Below, in pieces: positions 39,117 to 50,300 of a DNA stretch of 64,000 nt; positions within the stretch are counted from its first letter, which is position 1, and every line of letters starts with the position of its first letter. The stretch spans positions 1,178,001 through 1,242,000 of the forward strand of contig JAYWIR010000043.1 of NCBI GenBank assembly GCA_036172245.1. The letters run 5' to 3'. A program made the position numbers and the translations under genes. Source of the stretch: Raillietiella orientalis (Eukaryota). The notes under the pieces were generated by a model. It was not told the DNA's origin and did no database searches. It saw only the letters and a program-made list of their open reading frames with translations.

Positions 39117-39305
39117 TCGCCACCATCCCTGAAATCAGTAGCTACAGCAACCGATAGGCTGATAAAGCATTCCTCAAAAGTGACTCGACCTTCCTCGTCG
39201 AAGGGTGGCGGACGGGTTTTTCCTGCACTCCGACCGCTTCAGCTTGGGAAGTTTTTTTTTATTTCATTTCGTTTGTTAGAGTGTGTGGCACACCGTCGGT
39301 GTCCC

Positions 39306-42230
39306 ATGGCAAAAAAGCCAGCGGACACCGCGATGGAGATTGGAGTGGGAGAGGCTAGTTCCTCTTTCCAACCCATGGTGGTGGGGGCGATCGCCCCACG
39401 GAGGCGAGAGCATCGGTCCCCTTGAAAAAGGGTGCAGCCGTGTCATCGGAGCCATCTTCGCCAACGACGAGGACTTGGAGCGCCGTGGCTGCTGCACCAT
39501 CGGCAGCCATGGCCGAACAAACAGCATATAAAGAACAAGGGTACAAGCCGTCCCTCATCTATAAGGTAGGCGATATCTTTGTTGGAAATACCGCTCGCAA
39601 CTTCGAGAGGGGGTTGCAGCGGCTAAATGTTAAAGAAGAAGAGTTAGAAGGTCTTTCAGTGCTGAGCGGTGGTCAGCGGGTGGACTTGACTTGCAAGGAT
39701 GCAAGCCTGGCTCAACGCCTGCTGAACACCCCCATTACGCTGGAAGGCAGAAAGCTCTTTCCTGTAACTGAGGACCGCTCGGTAGTAGCGCACCTCACGG
39801 GAGTTACCCTCCGCATGTCGACGAAGGGCGTGCAGGAGGAACTCAGCAAGTTCGGCACGGTTCACGCGCTTTGGAGCAAGCCCAACGTCTTACAATCCTA
39901 TGGAAGGCTGTTTAGTGGCATGGCCGCAGTGCGTGTAACCGTGCATGAAAACGGTGGGTTACCCCACAAGCTGGAGGTCGCTAACGAAAAGGTCGATGTC
40001 TAATACGTGGGGAAACCCAAGTACTGTAAACACTGCGATGCGACAGGGCACCTGAAAAAACGGTGCCCCCACATCCAGTGTTTCTCATGCGGAGAGAAGG
40101 GCCACCTCCGGAAAGTGTGCCCAAAGCGCGTAACTCCGGCTCGCCCCGCTTTGAAAAAAGCTCAGCGGATACGCGTGGAAAAAACGTCGAAGCCCAAGGA
40201 GGCTACAGCAAGGGGTACCCAGAAGCCAGACCCCGAACCCTCTCAGCAAACGACGGTCGAGAAAACTCCCGACGGCGCTGGTGAGGAAGGCTGGCGGACG
40301 GTGAAGCCAAAGAAACCGAAGAAAACGAAGCCACGAATGCGGAACCAGCGGCGAAACCTCAGAATAGGAGAGAGCGCCGCGCACTACTCCGCGAAAGCTC
40401 GGTCACTTTGGAGCGCGTGGAGGCCTTAGAGGTCGCCACCGGGGGAGATATCCCCCGCCTCGCTCGCGTGGAAGCCGCGATCCCCGAAGGAGAACCCTCT
40501 CTGAAAACAGAGGAGGAGCCTTACGACGCGCTGTCCGTAATCGAGGACGCCGCCTTCGAGCAGGCGGCAGAAGGGCTCGAGGCTGAACTCGTCGGCTACG
40601 AGATCCCGGCGCGGAAAGCCTTGAGAAGGCCGGCTGCGGTGAAGGCACCTGAAGAAGGTGATACTGATCCGGATGCCGGTAGTGCGTCCTCCTCCGCGGA
40701 GGCGCCTCCAAAGAAGACGGGCCCGCGTCGGAGGCTTTGTGGTTAAGGCCTCCGCGCGTGGCACCATGCGTCGCGGGATCGAATACTCCGGCAGAAACTG
40801 ACGCCACTGCGTCGTTGGGTTCCGAGTTTCTCCTGCAATGGCGCTGGTTGGCCGATAACATTCGGGCGTGGCACCGGTGGTCGTTTAAGCCGGAGGCCCC
40901 TGATGGAGGCCGGAACAATAGAAGTCGACCTTCGGGTTCTTCCAGGAATAAAGGAGTGGGGGGTTCCCCCTCCTGTGTGCAAAGGAGAGTAGACCCCCGT
41001 CACCGGGAGGACCGCCTCCGGTTTCAAGATGGAGCAGGAGCCCTCACGGGCACTTCTTTAGTCGTTCAAAGAAGGACCCCCCTGTTAGGGGGTCCCTCCG
41101 AGTCGTCGCCTCTTCACAGAGTGTGTACAAAGGAAAGAAGCTAAGCGAGAGCGATTCCCTGCGGGAAGCTGCAGCGCCCCTTCTGAGTTTCGGAAGCACC
41201 CCTGTGGGGGTTGTCTTCAGAGGAGTGAATAAAGGAGCGGTTCCCTTGCGGGTTCCCTCCGGAGAAGAAATTCCTAGAAGCGGATCCTTTCCGGGTTCCC
41301 TTCGGAGAAGTTGAAATGGAGAGGACCACCACCCCGCAAGGGGGGGGGTGTCCCTCCGGAGAGAATGAGGAAGGAGAGTTCCCTTCGGGGTTCCCCTTCG
41401 GAGACAACCAGGGTGGGAGGTGAGATCCCCCCCGTCCGGGGGGGATCCCTCCCCAAGCGTGAGAGGAACGGACTCCGAGCCCTTCCTGGATTCAATAGGG
41501 CGGACCCCATCCCGGGGTGCCCCCTATCCTGAAGAATATTACACTGAAGAATTACACGCCCCCCCCTGCGGGTTGCCGCGGACAGGCGTGGAAACAAAAC
41601 AGTGTGTTAATGTTTAAAAAGAGCCACGCGCGCCGCGAGGCACGCGACCGGCTCTGAGGTACTTAGCGAACCAAAAAAAAAAAAAAAAAGAAAACTCTTA
41701 AAAAAAAAAAAAAAGCTGGAAGGAAAACAGCGAAGACAGAAGAAAAAGAAGAACTCAAGGATTACCATCGTCCTAGGCCAATAGTAACGATCTCCTCGTG
41801 GGGTCGCTACTGGCCTTTAAAAAAAAAAAAAAAAAAAAAAGAAGACGGGACGCAAGTCCAAGAATCCTAGGAGGCGACTCCCGACCAAAAAGAGGATGGG
41901 GACGCACCGGCAGCCGGGGGGGAAGCCGGCAGCGTGGGAACGGAGGGAGGGAATTTCCCACTCCCCGTGACCGAGCAGCTGTCAACCCCCATGGGGGAGG
42001 GGGAGCAGGTAGGTGACAACCTCCCCCTTCCACCGACCGGCCCAGCCGACGAATCGGACCTCATGGAGGAGGAAGTGCAGGTAGAGGATACCCGCCTACT
42101 CCCCTCGAAGATGCCTGCAGCCGAATCGGCCTCCATGGAGGAGGGAGAAGCGGTGCGCGATGCACCTCCTCCTCCATCCGTCCCGCCCGATAAGGTGGCG
42201 GGAGCCGCACTGCCACGTTCCCAGGAATAA
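39306..42230 (+). pseudogene. Element B ORF1 (gag-like: RRM-like region + two CCHC zinc knuckles), split by SINE
   Basis: LSKFGTV...LPHKLEV...YVGKPKYCKHCDATGHLKKRCPHIQCFSCGEKGHLRKVCP, the Tx1/ZCCHC3-like ORF1 pattern. Stop at 40001-40003 plus frameshifts. The acidic/proline-rich tail resumes after the SINE. Confidence 0.85.
40722..41837 (+). mobile_element. Long tRNA-headed SINE-like element, copy 1 (most complete)
   Basis: A-box-like GGCTTTGTGGTTA and B-box-like GGATCGAATAC (GGTTCGAATAC or AGTTCGAATAC in the other copies). A tracts at 41673, 41700 and 41819. TSD AAAGAAGACGGG at 40710-40721 and 41838-41849. Confidence 0.88.
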
Positions 42231-42249
42231 CCCCTGGGCTCGCCTGTCG

Positions 42250-43382
42250 CCGACGGATCCGCGTGGCCTGTTGGAATGTCAACGGGCTGCGCGACGACGG
42301 CAACAGGCGAGATACAGCCGACACCCTGAGAGAATTCGACCTGGCGCTTCTGCAGGAGATCCACGTGATCACTGCAAGAGACGTCGAGGAGATCGAGAGG
42401 ATCGCGGGGGGTCGGTTGTATTGGCGATGCGGCGACTGCAACACCTGCGGGGTCGCGTTTTTCGTGAAGCCGGCCATCGACGCCTCCGTGAGGAACGTAC
42501 TTTTCGATGACAACGGTCGTGTTTGACAGATGATTCTATGCTGGTCTGACACGATCGATCTCATCGTTACCAACGTGTATGCTCCGAGCGGCAGCAAAGG
42601 GTACACAGAAAGAACTCAGTTCTTCTTGTACCTGAAGCGCGACTGGCTGACGGATGCAGGAGTGCGCAAGGCCCACCTGATAGCCGGAGACTTTAACCTC
42701 CGCCTGCTCTCAGGTGCGTGCTGCACGCAAAAGAACGTGCCGATCGAGTTGTGCTCCGCCATGAGCGCGCGCAACTTGATGGAGGGACACCCGGAAATGG
42801 AGAACAGCATCGAACACGTTCGATGGAGCACGACCACTCGAGGGCGAGTCGGCCGACTGTCCCTTTCTCATCGGATGACCTAAAGTGGTCCCCAGTGATA
42901 ACCCAAACAAGGATCCTTCCCCTAAAATGGCAGGAGTCGGCGCTGATGCTGTTGCACTGGGGACTCCCCTGTAATGCACGCCGTCATCACTGGACACGGG
43001 GAAGTGTGAACCCAAACTGTGCCCGTTGTGGGGAGCGCGAAACCCTCCCGCACCTTTTAGTTGACTGTGCTGCCCTCCGGCCCCTGTGGGAACGCTTCGG
43101 TTCCACCTTAGGGATCCTGGAAGGTAGCTCCCCAGTTTTTCGGCTTCTCTTCGTGCGGGACGCCCTTCAGCCAGCCGCTGTAATAGCAGCTCTCTGCTGC
43201 GTGCGCGGTATTGTGGCAGCTTGAGAGGATCCGACGAAGCAGAGGATGTTAACGGAAGGGATGCCATGGAGTACGCAGTTCGCTTTCTGCGAATAGCATC
43301 CCGATGGCCCCACCTGGGAAATCTGCACCAGGACCTCGTCGGCATCCTGCAAAGGATGGAAGCTCCACGCAACGGGCAGTGA
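42250..43382 (+). pseudogene. Element B ORF2 remnant: APE domain joined directly to the C-terminal zf-RVT-like region, no RT
   Basis: VACWNVNGL, LLQEIH, GVAFF, NVYAPS, AGDFN, VPFSSD, then immediately W...LPLKWQ..LLHWGLPCN..CARCGERETLPHLLVDC..LRPLW. Confidence 0.82.
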
Positions 43383-45899
43383 TCCCTTCCCGGCCCTCCA
43401 ATTGACAAGTGTTTGTACTTTTTGTTTTTTTTTTATTTTTGTTTTCCCCCCAACCCCATCCGTTGCCGTGGAGTGTCAAGTCGGTCTGCGCACCGACCAC
43501 CCGACATCTCCAGAGAACTATTGGTCTCAGCGGGGCCTTGTACCAAATTCTGTGAGTTTTTAAATAAACGCCCCGGCTTGACCGAGTGAAAACGACAGAA
43601 GACATAACAAACGGTCAAGATGGCGCGGATACGACGTGTTTCTTGACGAAAAGTTCTCCGGGAGTGAAGAATCGCCGTAGCTGGTCATGCCTCAGGGTGC
43701 AGAAGCTCTGACACCAGCCTCCGCCACAGTGCGTGGAGGGCACCATAGGCCAATAATGGGTTCTGAAACGATTCATTGATCCGAAGTCTACACAGTTTGG
43801 GGACGTAAATTCCCCGGAAACCAGCTTCCTACGCGAAAGGCATTGAAACCCAGAGCGGAAACAGCAGCTCATCCTGTTTTCAGCGCAATGGGAACACAGA
43901 AGTGTTCAATAACAAAAGAGGACCACACTCAACAGCTTGCTCCACTAAGGCAGTCCCTTTTCTTGACAATGAAGTATGGCCATATCCATCATCTTACTCG
44001 CCTTCTAGCCGACCAGGGTAAAGGTCGCTTCCACAGTGGTGTAGGAGAACTCCCATATCGCCTAATGGCAACTGCTGTTGCTTGCTTTTAGGACAGACAG
44101 TGTTACAGTAAGGGGTGTGGGGGTCAGGAGGGATCACTTTGTGGAGTCCTGCAGGCCTCATCCCGGTTACTGAAGCTAACTCAGGGGACGAAGTTCTGGG
44201 AACATTTCTAAACTGGAAGCCAAGGTCAAAGCCCCCTCTTGCTGCCAGGCTTTCCAGTTCATCGGGCGGCGGGAGATTTAAAGATGGGCTTCCAAAAGTG
44301 AAGCCAGTTGCCTCAGAGGAAAGCCAAATTCCCTCATCCTGTAAGAACATCACAGCAGCTACTACAATGCTGGTCCTTTGCATCCTGCGCAGCCCCGGAG
44401 AATAAGACATGCGGGAACACACCACGGGAGAATCCACAATTTGGCACATAATCCCAGTGATCGGAACTGCAGTTGCAGCCCGCTCTTTTCCAGCGTCAGG
44501 ATGCCCAAGAAAGCATCCCGACGCAGCACCACCAAGTCTTTGAGGTGAATCCTGAATGTCGCGGGTTTCCAGAGGGATGTCTTTAACAAGCATTTCTTCC
44601 GAATCTTTGTTGAATAGGACAGCGGGCAACCGGAGTATTGCAGAAGATGACCCGCACCAGCAAGACGAACTCGCCAATGACGAACGGGCCAAGGACCACC
44701 TCTTGATGGTCAGCACTTTTAGTACATGTTCATCGATGCTTTACTAATTGAACTTCAACATCTCACTATTCATATACTGCCTCTACCTTTTTATGCTCCT
44801 TATAGGAGTTTTTTGCTACTGCTAGCTTAATACACCGCCTATTCTTCTTGCTCAGTGCTGACACGCAGGTGAGCTTTCCATGTAGCCTCAAATTCTCATT
44901 GGATTTTAGCACTTCATTGCATTATTGAAGATCCCTTTCCCGTAAAATGAGCAACGGTTTAGTGTATTTGGATATTCTTGCAAATTCAAGTCATTCAACC
45001 TTTGACTTCCGGTGAGTGAACCAAAGAAATGTAAAATCATCGGAATGTGAGAAAGCGAATTTCAAAGTTGATCCCAAAGTAACTCGAAAGCTGACGCTTC
45101 ATGAAGGTACTTCTGACCTAGAACATTGTCTTAACATACACTATCATTCTGCATTCATGTTTGCTGTAAGTTGATGGATTTTATGAAAGATTCTCATGCA
45201 GAGAAGGAGCGCTTGCTGCCGATTACAGGGCGGGAAAGTGGAAAGGGCAAAACAGACTCTAGAACGAGCAAGTTGAATGATATTCAAATTCAGCACATGG
45301 TGCTACATCATTTCCAAGATGTAACAATAATGGAGGTCAAGGAGCTTTTTGTGTCTTCATGGGGTGAAGGAAAAACCTTAGGCTCTAAGAGTTGTTCTAG
45401 CCGATACTCAGTCTCTGTTTCAACCTTGGTTTAAGTGAATGTGAGTTTCCATGCAGTCGGCATAATTCTTGTGCACCGATGTTTACCACATAAGGGCACT
45501 TTCTGGCGTGTAACGCGGAATGTAATTTGCAATTGAGCCCTTCCTGTCATCATTATGTGCCTTTATTGTAGCAATGGCTTCTTGGTTTGAGTGGAGACAC
45601 TGCATGTAATTTGAAATTTCGAGTTTCTTTTCGTTTCTGTTCACCATGCGGAAGAAAATCCCTTACTTCCAAGTATCCCTCTGAAAACCCACACAAAACA
45701 GTCGTAGCAGCTTCATTCTATGCTCTAGTACTATAAAAGCATGCTGTGTCTGTTGGTGTTCAACTTGATGTAAGCTTTCAAGAATAAGAGGGAATATTAA
45801 AAGCTTGTGCACAACAGGAAAACAAGCTTCACTACGATCCGAAATAGGAGTTTCAAGATGGAGAGAATGGAACATAGATCGGAGGCTTCACGATTAAAT

Positions 45900-46760
45900 G
45901 TACAATGAAGGGAATGTTTGCGTCGACCCTCAGATCTGCTCAACAGGGAAAGGCAGTCCTTGATAAATAAGCACTGGGATCAAGGAAAGGCTATGCGCTG
46001 CGTTGAACTGCATCGACCTCCGAGTCACTTCATGACATCAAGGGAGTACATCCTCTTTGTCGATTGTAGCTTTGTACATGAAGCAAGGTTGAGCCTCCTG
46101 TCAATAAGGGGGTTATCCACAAGAAGGAACGCTTATGTTCGATGCTGCCAATTGTAGGACGAGACGTTACCTCATACTACAAACTATTGCACGAAGCACT
46201 CTCGCCTATACACATCCAGGAATGACGGCTCCGCCAGAAGATTGAAACAGCAGCTGTCGATGTCGCAGGATGGACCCTGATTTCGGAAAAGCAAAGAGTT
46301 ACGGGTCTTTATTTTGGGGATCGAGTACCGCAGAAGAACAACAGGATGGCAGCGTTGGATGCCATCTGTCCAATAGATAGTAGAGAGCAGACCTTCAAAA
46401 CTGCCAGAAAAAAGGAGTCGAAATAGGGGAACATAACCACGAAGCTGTCCCAGAAAGGCAAGAAAACGTGCGTGCATTATGGGAACGTGGAATGATGGCG
46501 GTTCTCCGGGCTCTGGAAATTCCTCGAAAGTAAGCGGATGAGACCATGAGATGAGACATCCGATGGTCTCATCTTGCATACGCTTCACGCGAGACACATC
46601 CTGGACTCATTGCCTGGGGCATTCACCTCATGATGCTGACGTCCTTCAGATACGGTATGACAAAATGACCAACTACACGAAGCGGTCGACGAGGTCACCT
46701 GATGGAATGGACGTCCCTAGAAAATAGAATGAACCCACGCAAAGGAAGTACGAAAGATGG
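45900..46760 (+). mobile_element. Very decayed L1/Tx1-like RT fragment
   Basis: DQGKAMRCV (cf. DQEKAFDRV), RGLSTRR (cf. RGVRQG), RKS...ILGIEY (cf. KYLG) in the expected order; degenerate. Confidence 0.4.
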
Positions 46761-47704
46761 TAAAGGTGATGAAAAGTCCGCCCTTTCATCCGTTGATATG
46801 TCCTATAATTAAATTGGAATAAAAATCGCTTCTCAGTCTTTTCGCTAAGGTCAGAAGTGCACTTCCAAAGTTTGGTGAATACTTCGAATTTGAGACTTTT
46901 TTTTATTGACTTCTTATCTTTTATTAAAGCACATTTCGTAGAACTTCTTGCCTGTGGTTGTAGCCCATTTGACTTTTCAAATTATAGGAATTTCCAAGAA
47001 AGATTTATCACTTGAATCTTGTTTTTCAGCCTGAACTTTATAAACCTTAATGTCAAGCTTGCCCTTAGTGTTATTACTGAAGTCTCTTCCTTCAAAGTGA
47101 TCGCTTCAATTTCAACAGTTATGAAAAAGATGGATTCCATTTCGAAGAGTATACACATTTGATAGGGAAATTGATGATAGGTAACATACCGTAATGTTAC
47201 GACTCTTTTTCAAAGGAGATGGTGGAAAGACAGTTTGCCGTTTTTAATTTATTTGCAGATGTCCCAAAAATCTGGAAGCATGAACGAATTATCTGAGTAT
47301 ATTTCCACTATACTCCGATAGTACATAATTGTTATATTCAAGAAGCTGCTCTGTAAATTGACTTCCACTGGCTTTAGTATTTGATAACAATAGCTTCTTT
47401 CATAATTACATTACCAACATTCATAATAACTTCTATATCACTGCTTAATCCATTACTAGTTTTGCTAAGTAAATGTAAAAGTTAATTTTCTCATCCTGAA
47501 TAGGTACAGTTGTTTCTTTACCCCATTCAATGTCTATAATCAAGTCATTATCAAGTAATTTAAAATTGTCAGAACTCAAATACCGATTTCATTTAGTATG
47601 CTCCTAAAGTTCGTATCCAATTTCCAATTCACTTCTTGCCTTCAATTTGCTTATAAAAGCTCCTCTTAACAAAGACAAAATTGTAAAGACAAAATTTTAT
47701 TGTG

Positions 47705-48270
47705 ATCTCTAACTATACTAACATGCATTAACCAATCTCTTAATATAAACCCTCTCATCAACTTAAAACCCATAATAATCATCATAATATCTCCTCAACC
47801 CCTAAACATAAAATTAAAAATTCTATTCCATTAGAATTCTGAGATACTCAAATTTAAACTTACACAAAATCATCTCTAAAAAATCATTCATCTCAAATAA
47901 AACTGCTTCCCCTCCATTTTATCCCCGATTATCTCAATAATCATACTCATAAAACTAGGCATACTACCATTTCATTATTGACTATTGCCCATCATCAACA
48001 ACTCCTCATGACTATCAACCAAAATTCTACTATCCTGACAAAAACTAGCCCCTATATTCATCATCTCCCTCTCACCATCACCAATTATCCTAGTTTCCAC
48101 AATTCTCAGAGCCATAATAGCCCCCATCATAGCTCTGACCACCTCATCTATCCGACTACTTATAACCTATTCATCTATTTCCCACATAGCATGAATAACC
48201 TCCACAATAAATACATCTTCCACAATATGAATCACATACTTAGCCATCTATTCCATCAGCACGCTCAGAT
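47705..48270. other. nad2: Second NUMT: nad5-like pieces (-) followed by nad2 fragment (+)
   Basis: 47949-48260 reads MKLGMLPFHYWL...LLSWQKLAP...IRLLMTYSSISHMAWM in the mitochondrial code. 47720-47900 resembles 17950-18000 and 17738-17823 of NUMT 1. Confidence 0.85.
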
Positions 48271-48949
48271 GCATCATACTCCTACGAAAAAGAAACATAC
48301 ATTCACTAACTCACATCCCAACCTTCAACTCCTTCAGCCTTATTCAATGTGATTTTTCCACTTCAAGTGGCTTGAATGCTACCCAAGCTCTGATAGCCCT
48401 ATTTTACAATTAACATACCCATTGCTCTGCTGAACTAAAACTTCATATCATACTTACCAAGCTTTGCATCATTAACAACTAGATTGGGAACTTAGGAATA
48501 AGAATGGACTCCTTTTGTCACAAGCATTCGGATTCAAAATACGAAAACAGAATTCAGATTCTCCTATTGCACCTTTCTATTCTCTTGTAACCTTAATAAT
48601 ATCCAGCTTAAATTTTATAGGCTCATCTAACTAGTGAGCATCAATTGCTATTTATGATAAGAACTGACTCTTCTTGAGGAGATTCATTTTCATATCACTG
48701 CCATCAGTAGTGAAATTCTGAAACTCAGCACCATTAACAGCAATTTCGAGCTGTGAATGTAAGAACTCTCACAGTCATCAGAAAAAGCACTATTGAGAGG
48801 ATAGATAGTGACAGCTCTTTAGATGAAATTGAAGAACAGGACTATTCAAAGACAAAGAAATACAGGTGTCATTCCAGCAAGTGAAGCTGGAATTTAAGTG
48901 AGTTTTGTATTAAAAACGGTGGCTAAAATTTAGTTTTTGCATACTAATT

Positions 48950-50300
48950 ACACAATATGTTTACTAGGAAGCAATCTGCATGGTAATAAAGAAAAAAAGG
49001 AAACAGTGGATATGTGACAATGGAGAAGACTACAGACTTTTCAGTGATGGGGCAAGATTTGATGATCCTGGTGACACAGCTAGGAAAATAGAGGAAAGGT
49101 ATTTGTATGAGGACAAAAGTAATCTTGATTATTCTACGTGTAGGTAGTCCAGCGGAATAAGCAGTAGGAAGAACTGTGATTTAAAAATAAGAACAGGTTA
49201 CAAAAGGGTATTACAAAAGAAATAGCAAGAGCATTGGAATAATGCTTTGAATGTAATTCATTTTGATATACTTGGGTACTAATTTTTTGCTGCGAAGAAG
49301 GAACAAATAGCACAATATCATAGTTTTAAGTAAGGAAGAGGTATGATAGAGATGAAATGAAGTTGCTCCAATTGCTGACAACAAAGCCAGTCCTGCATGT
49401 CGCAGTATTCAAGTTGCACATCATAGCTGGAAATAAATCATCTAAATAGATGGACAGAATGGTAGAAGAGAAGTAGAGCAAATTTATACTTGAAGTGATA
49501 AGGTCAGAAATCTTTTTACAATTAGCTCAAGATGCCAGGGGAACTTACAAAAGGATATTTGTGAAAAATAGGCAAACATTTGGCAGTGTTAGCTACATAA
49601 CCGCTCATATCCAACGTCCGAAAGGTTTAAAAAACTTTATGGTTAGATCAATGATTCGGGAGCCGATAAAATAATATAGAGGATATTAAAATGGCAATAG
49701 ACAGCAGTGGTGTGTTACATTCACTGCAGTACACCTACTTGCAGCAAGTAAAAATGCATCCTATCTTTATTATTTTCTCAGCTATGAGCAATTAAGAAAG
49801 TTACATGTGATATTAAGTATAAATACAAAAATCCATAGTTGCATAATACAACAGTATGGAGCTATGTTATGGCAGGCCTCCTATGGAGCTTGTGTTTTGT
49901 TACAGGAAGTTCATTGTCAGCATGCCATGAAAACAATATATGCAGATAGTGCATTAGTGCAATCTTTATAGATTATACAGCGAATGCTGTTGAAAAGAAA
50001 ATGGTCTACCAAAAAATGATGCAATGGAACCTCGAAAAATAATATTATGGAACTACTGCTATTAGGTTAATGAAAATAGAAAATGGCATGGAAGGATGGA
50101 AAAAGGTCCCAAATTTTGGATAGATCTGATATTGACGGATTTTTCTCAAGGTTATAGCAAACATTCAGCTTTGGCTTTAAGAGAGGATCTGATATCAATT
50201 AAGAAAACGAACTGCTAAGCAAGTGCTATTTGCAAAAATAAGCAATCAGTATGAAGGAATCTGAAATCATGACATAACATGGTTGGAACGTACCCTTGCA
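48950..50300 (+). mobile_element. Ancient AT-rich LINE-like remnant
   Basis: A-rich coding-like strand with only scattered degenerate L1 ORF2-like traces (SP.., LSLLF..E, G.KVPNF). Confidence 0.3.

Larger units (their letters stand above)
35265..43591 (+). mobile_element. Element B: full-span L1/Tx1-clade LINE lacking RT, interrupted by element A and a SINE
   Basis: 10-bp TSD ACGACAGAAG at 35255-35264 and 43592-43601. The 5' end TAGTCGCCACCATCCCTGA continues at 39117. Contains ORF1 and a truncated ORF2, and ends in AATAAA + hairpin + short A tract. Confidence 0.78.

Noticed and set aside
40722..40792. Functional nuclear tRNA-His gene
   Set aside because: The cloverleaf is imperfect and the head is always attached to the same long body, with TSDs and an A tail in the complete copies, so it is a SINE head.
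41538..41612. Hammerhead ribozyme in the SINE (CTGAAGA…stem…GAAAC)
   Set aside because: Extra ATTA before the stem, and ACACTG pairs better with downstream CAGTGT as a plain hairpin; stems I and III are not convincing. Still worth including in a cleavage assay.
43610..44750. ORF 43994-44716 (-) or an R2-like RT remnant
   Set aside because: No recognisable catalytic motif in any frame.
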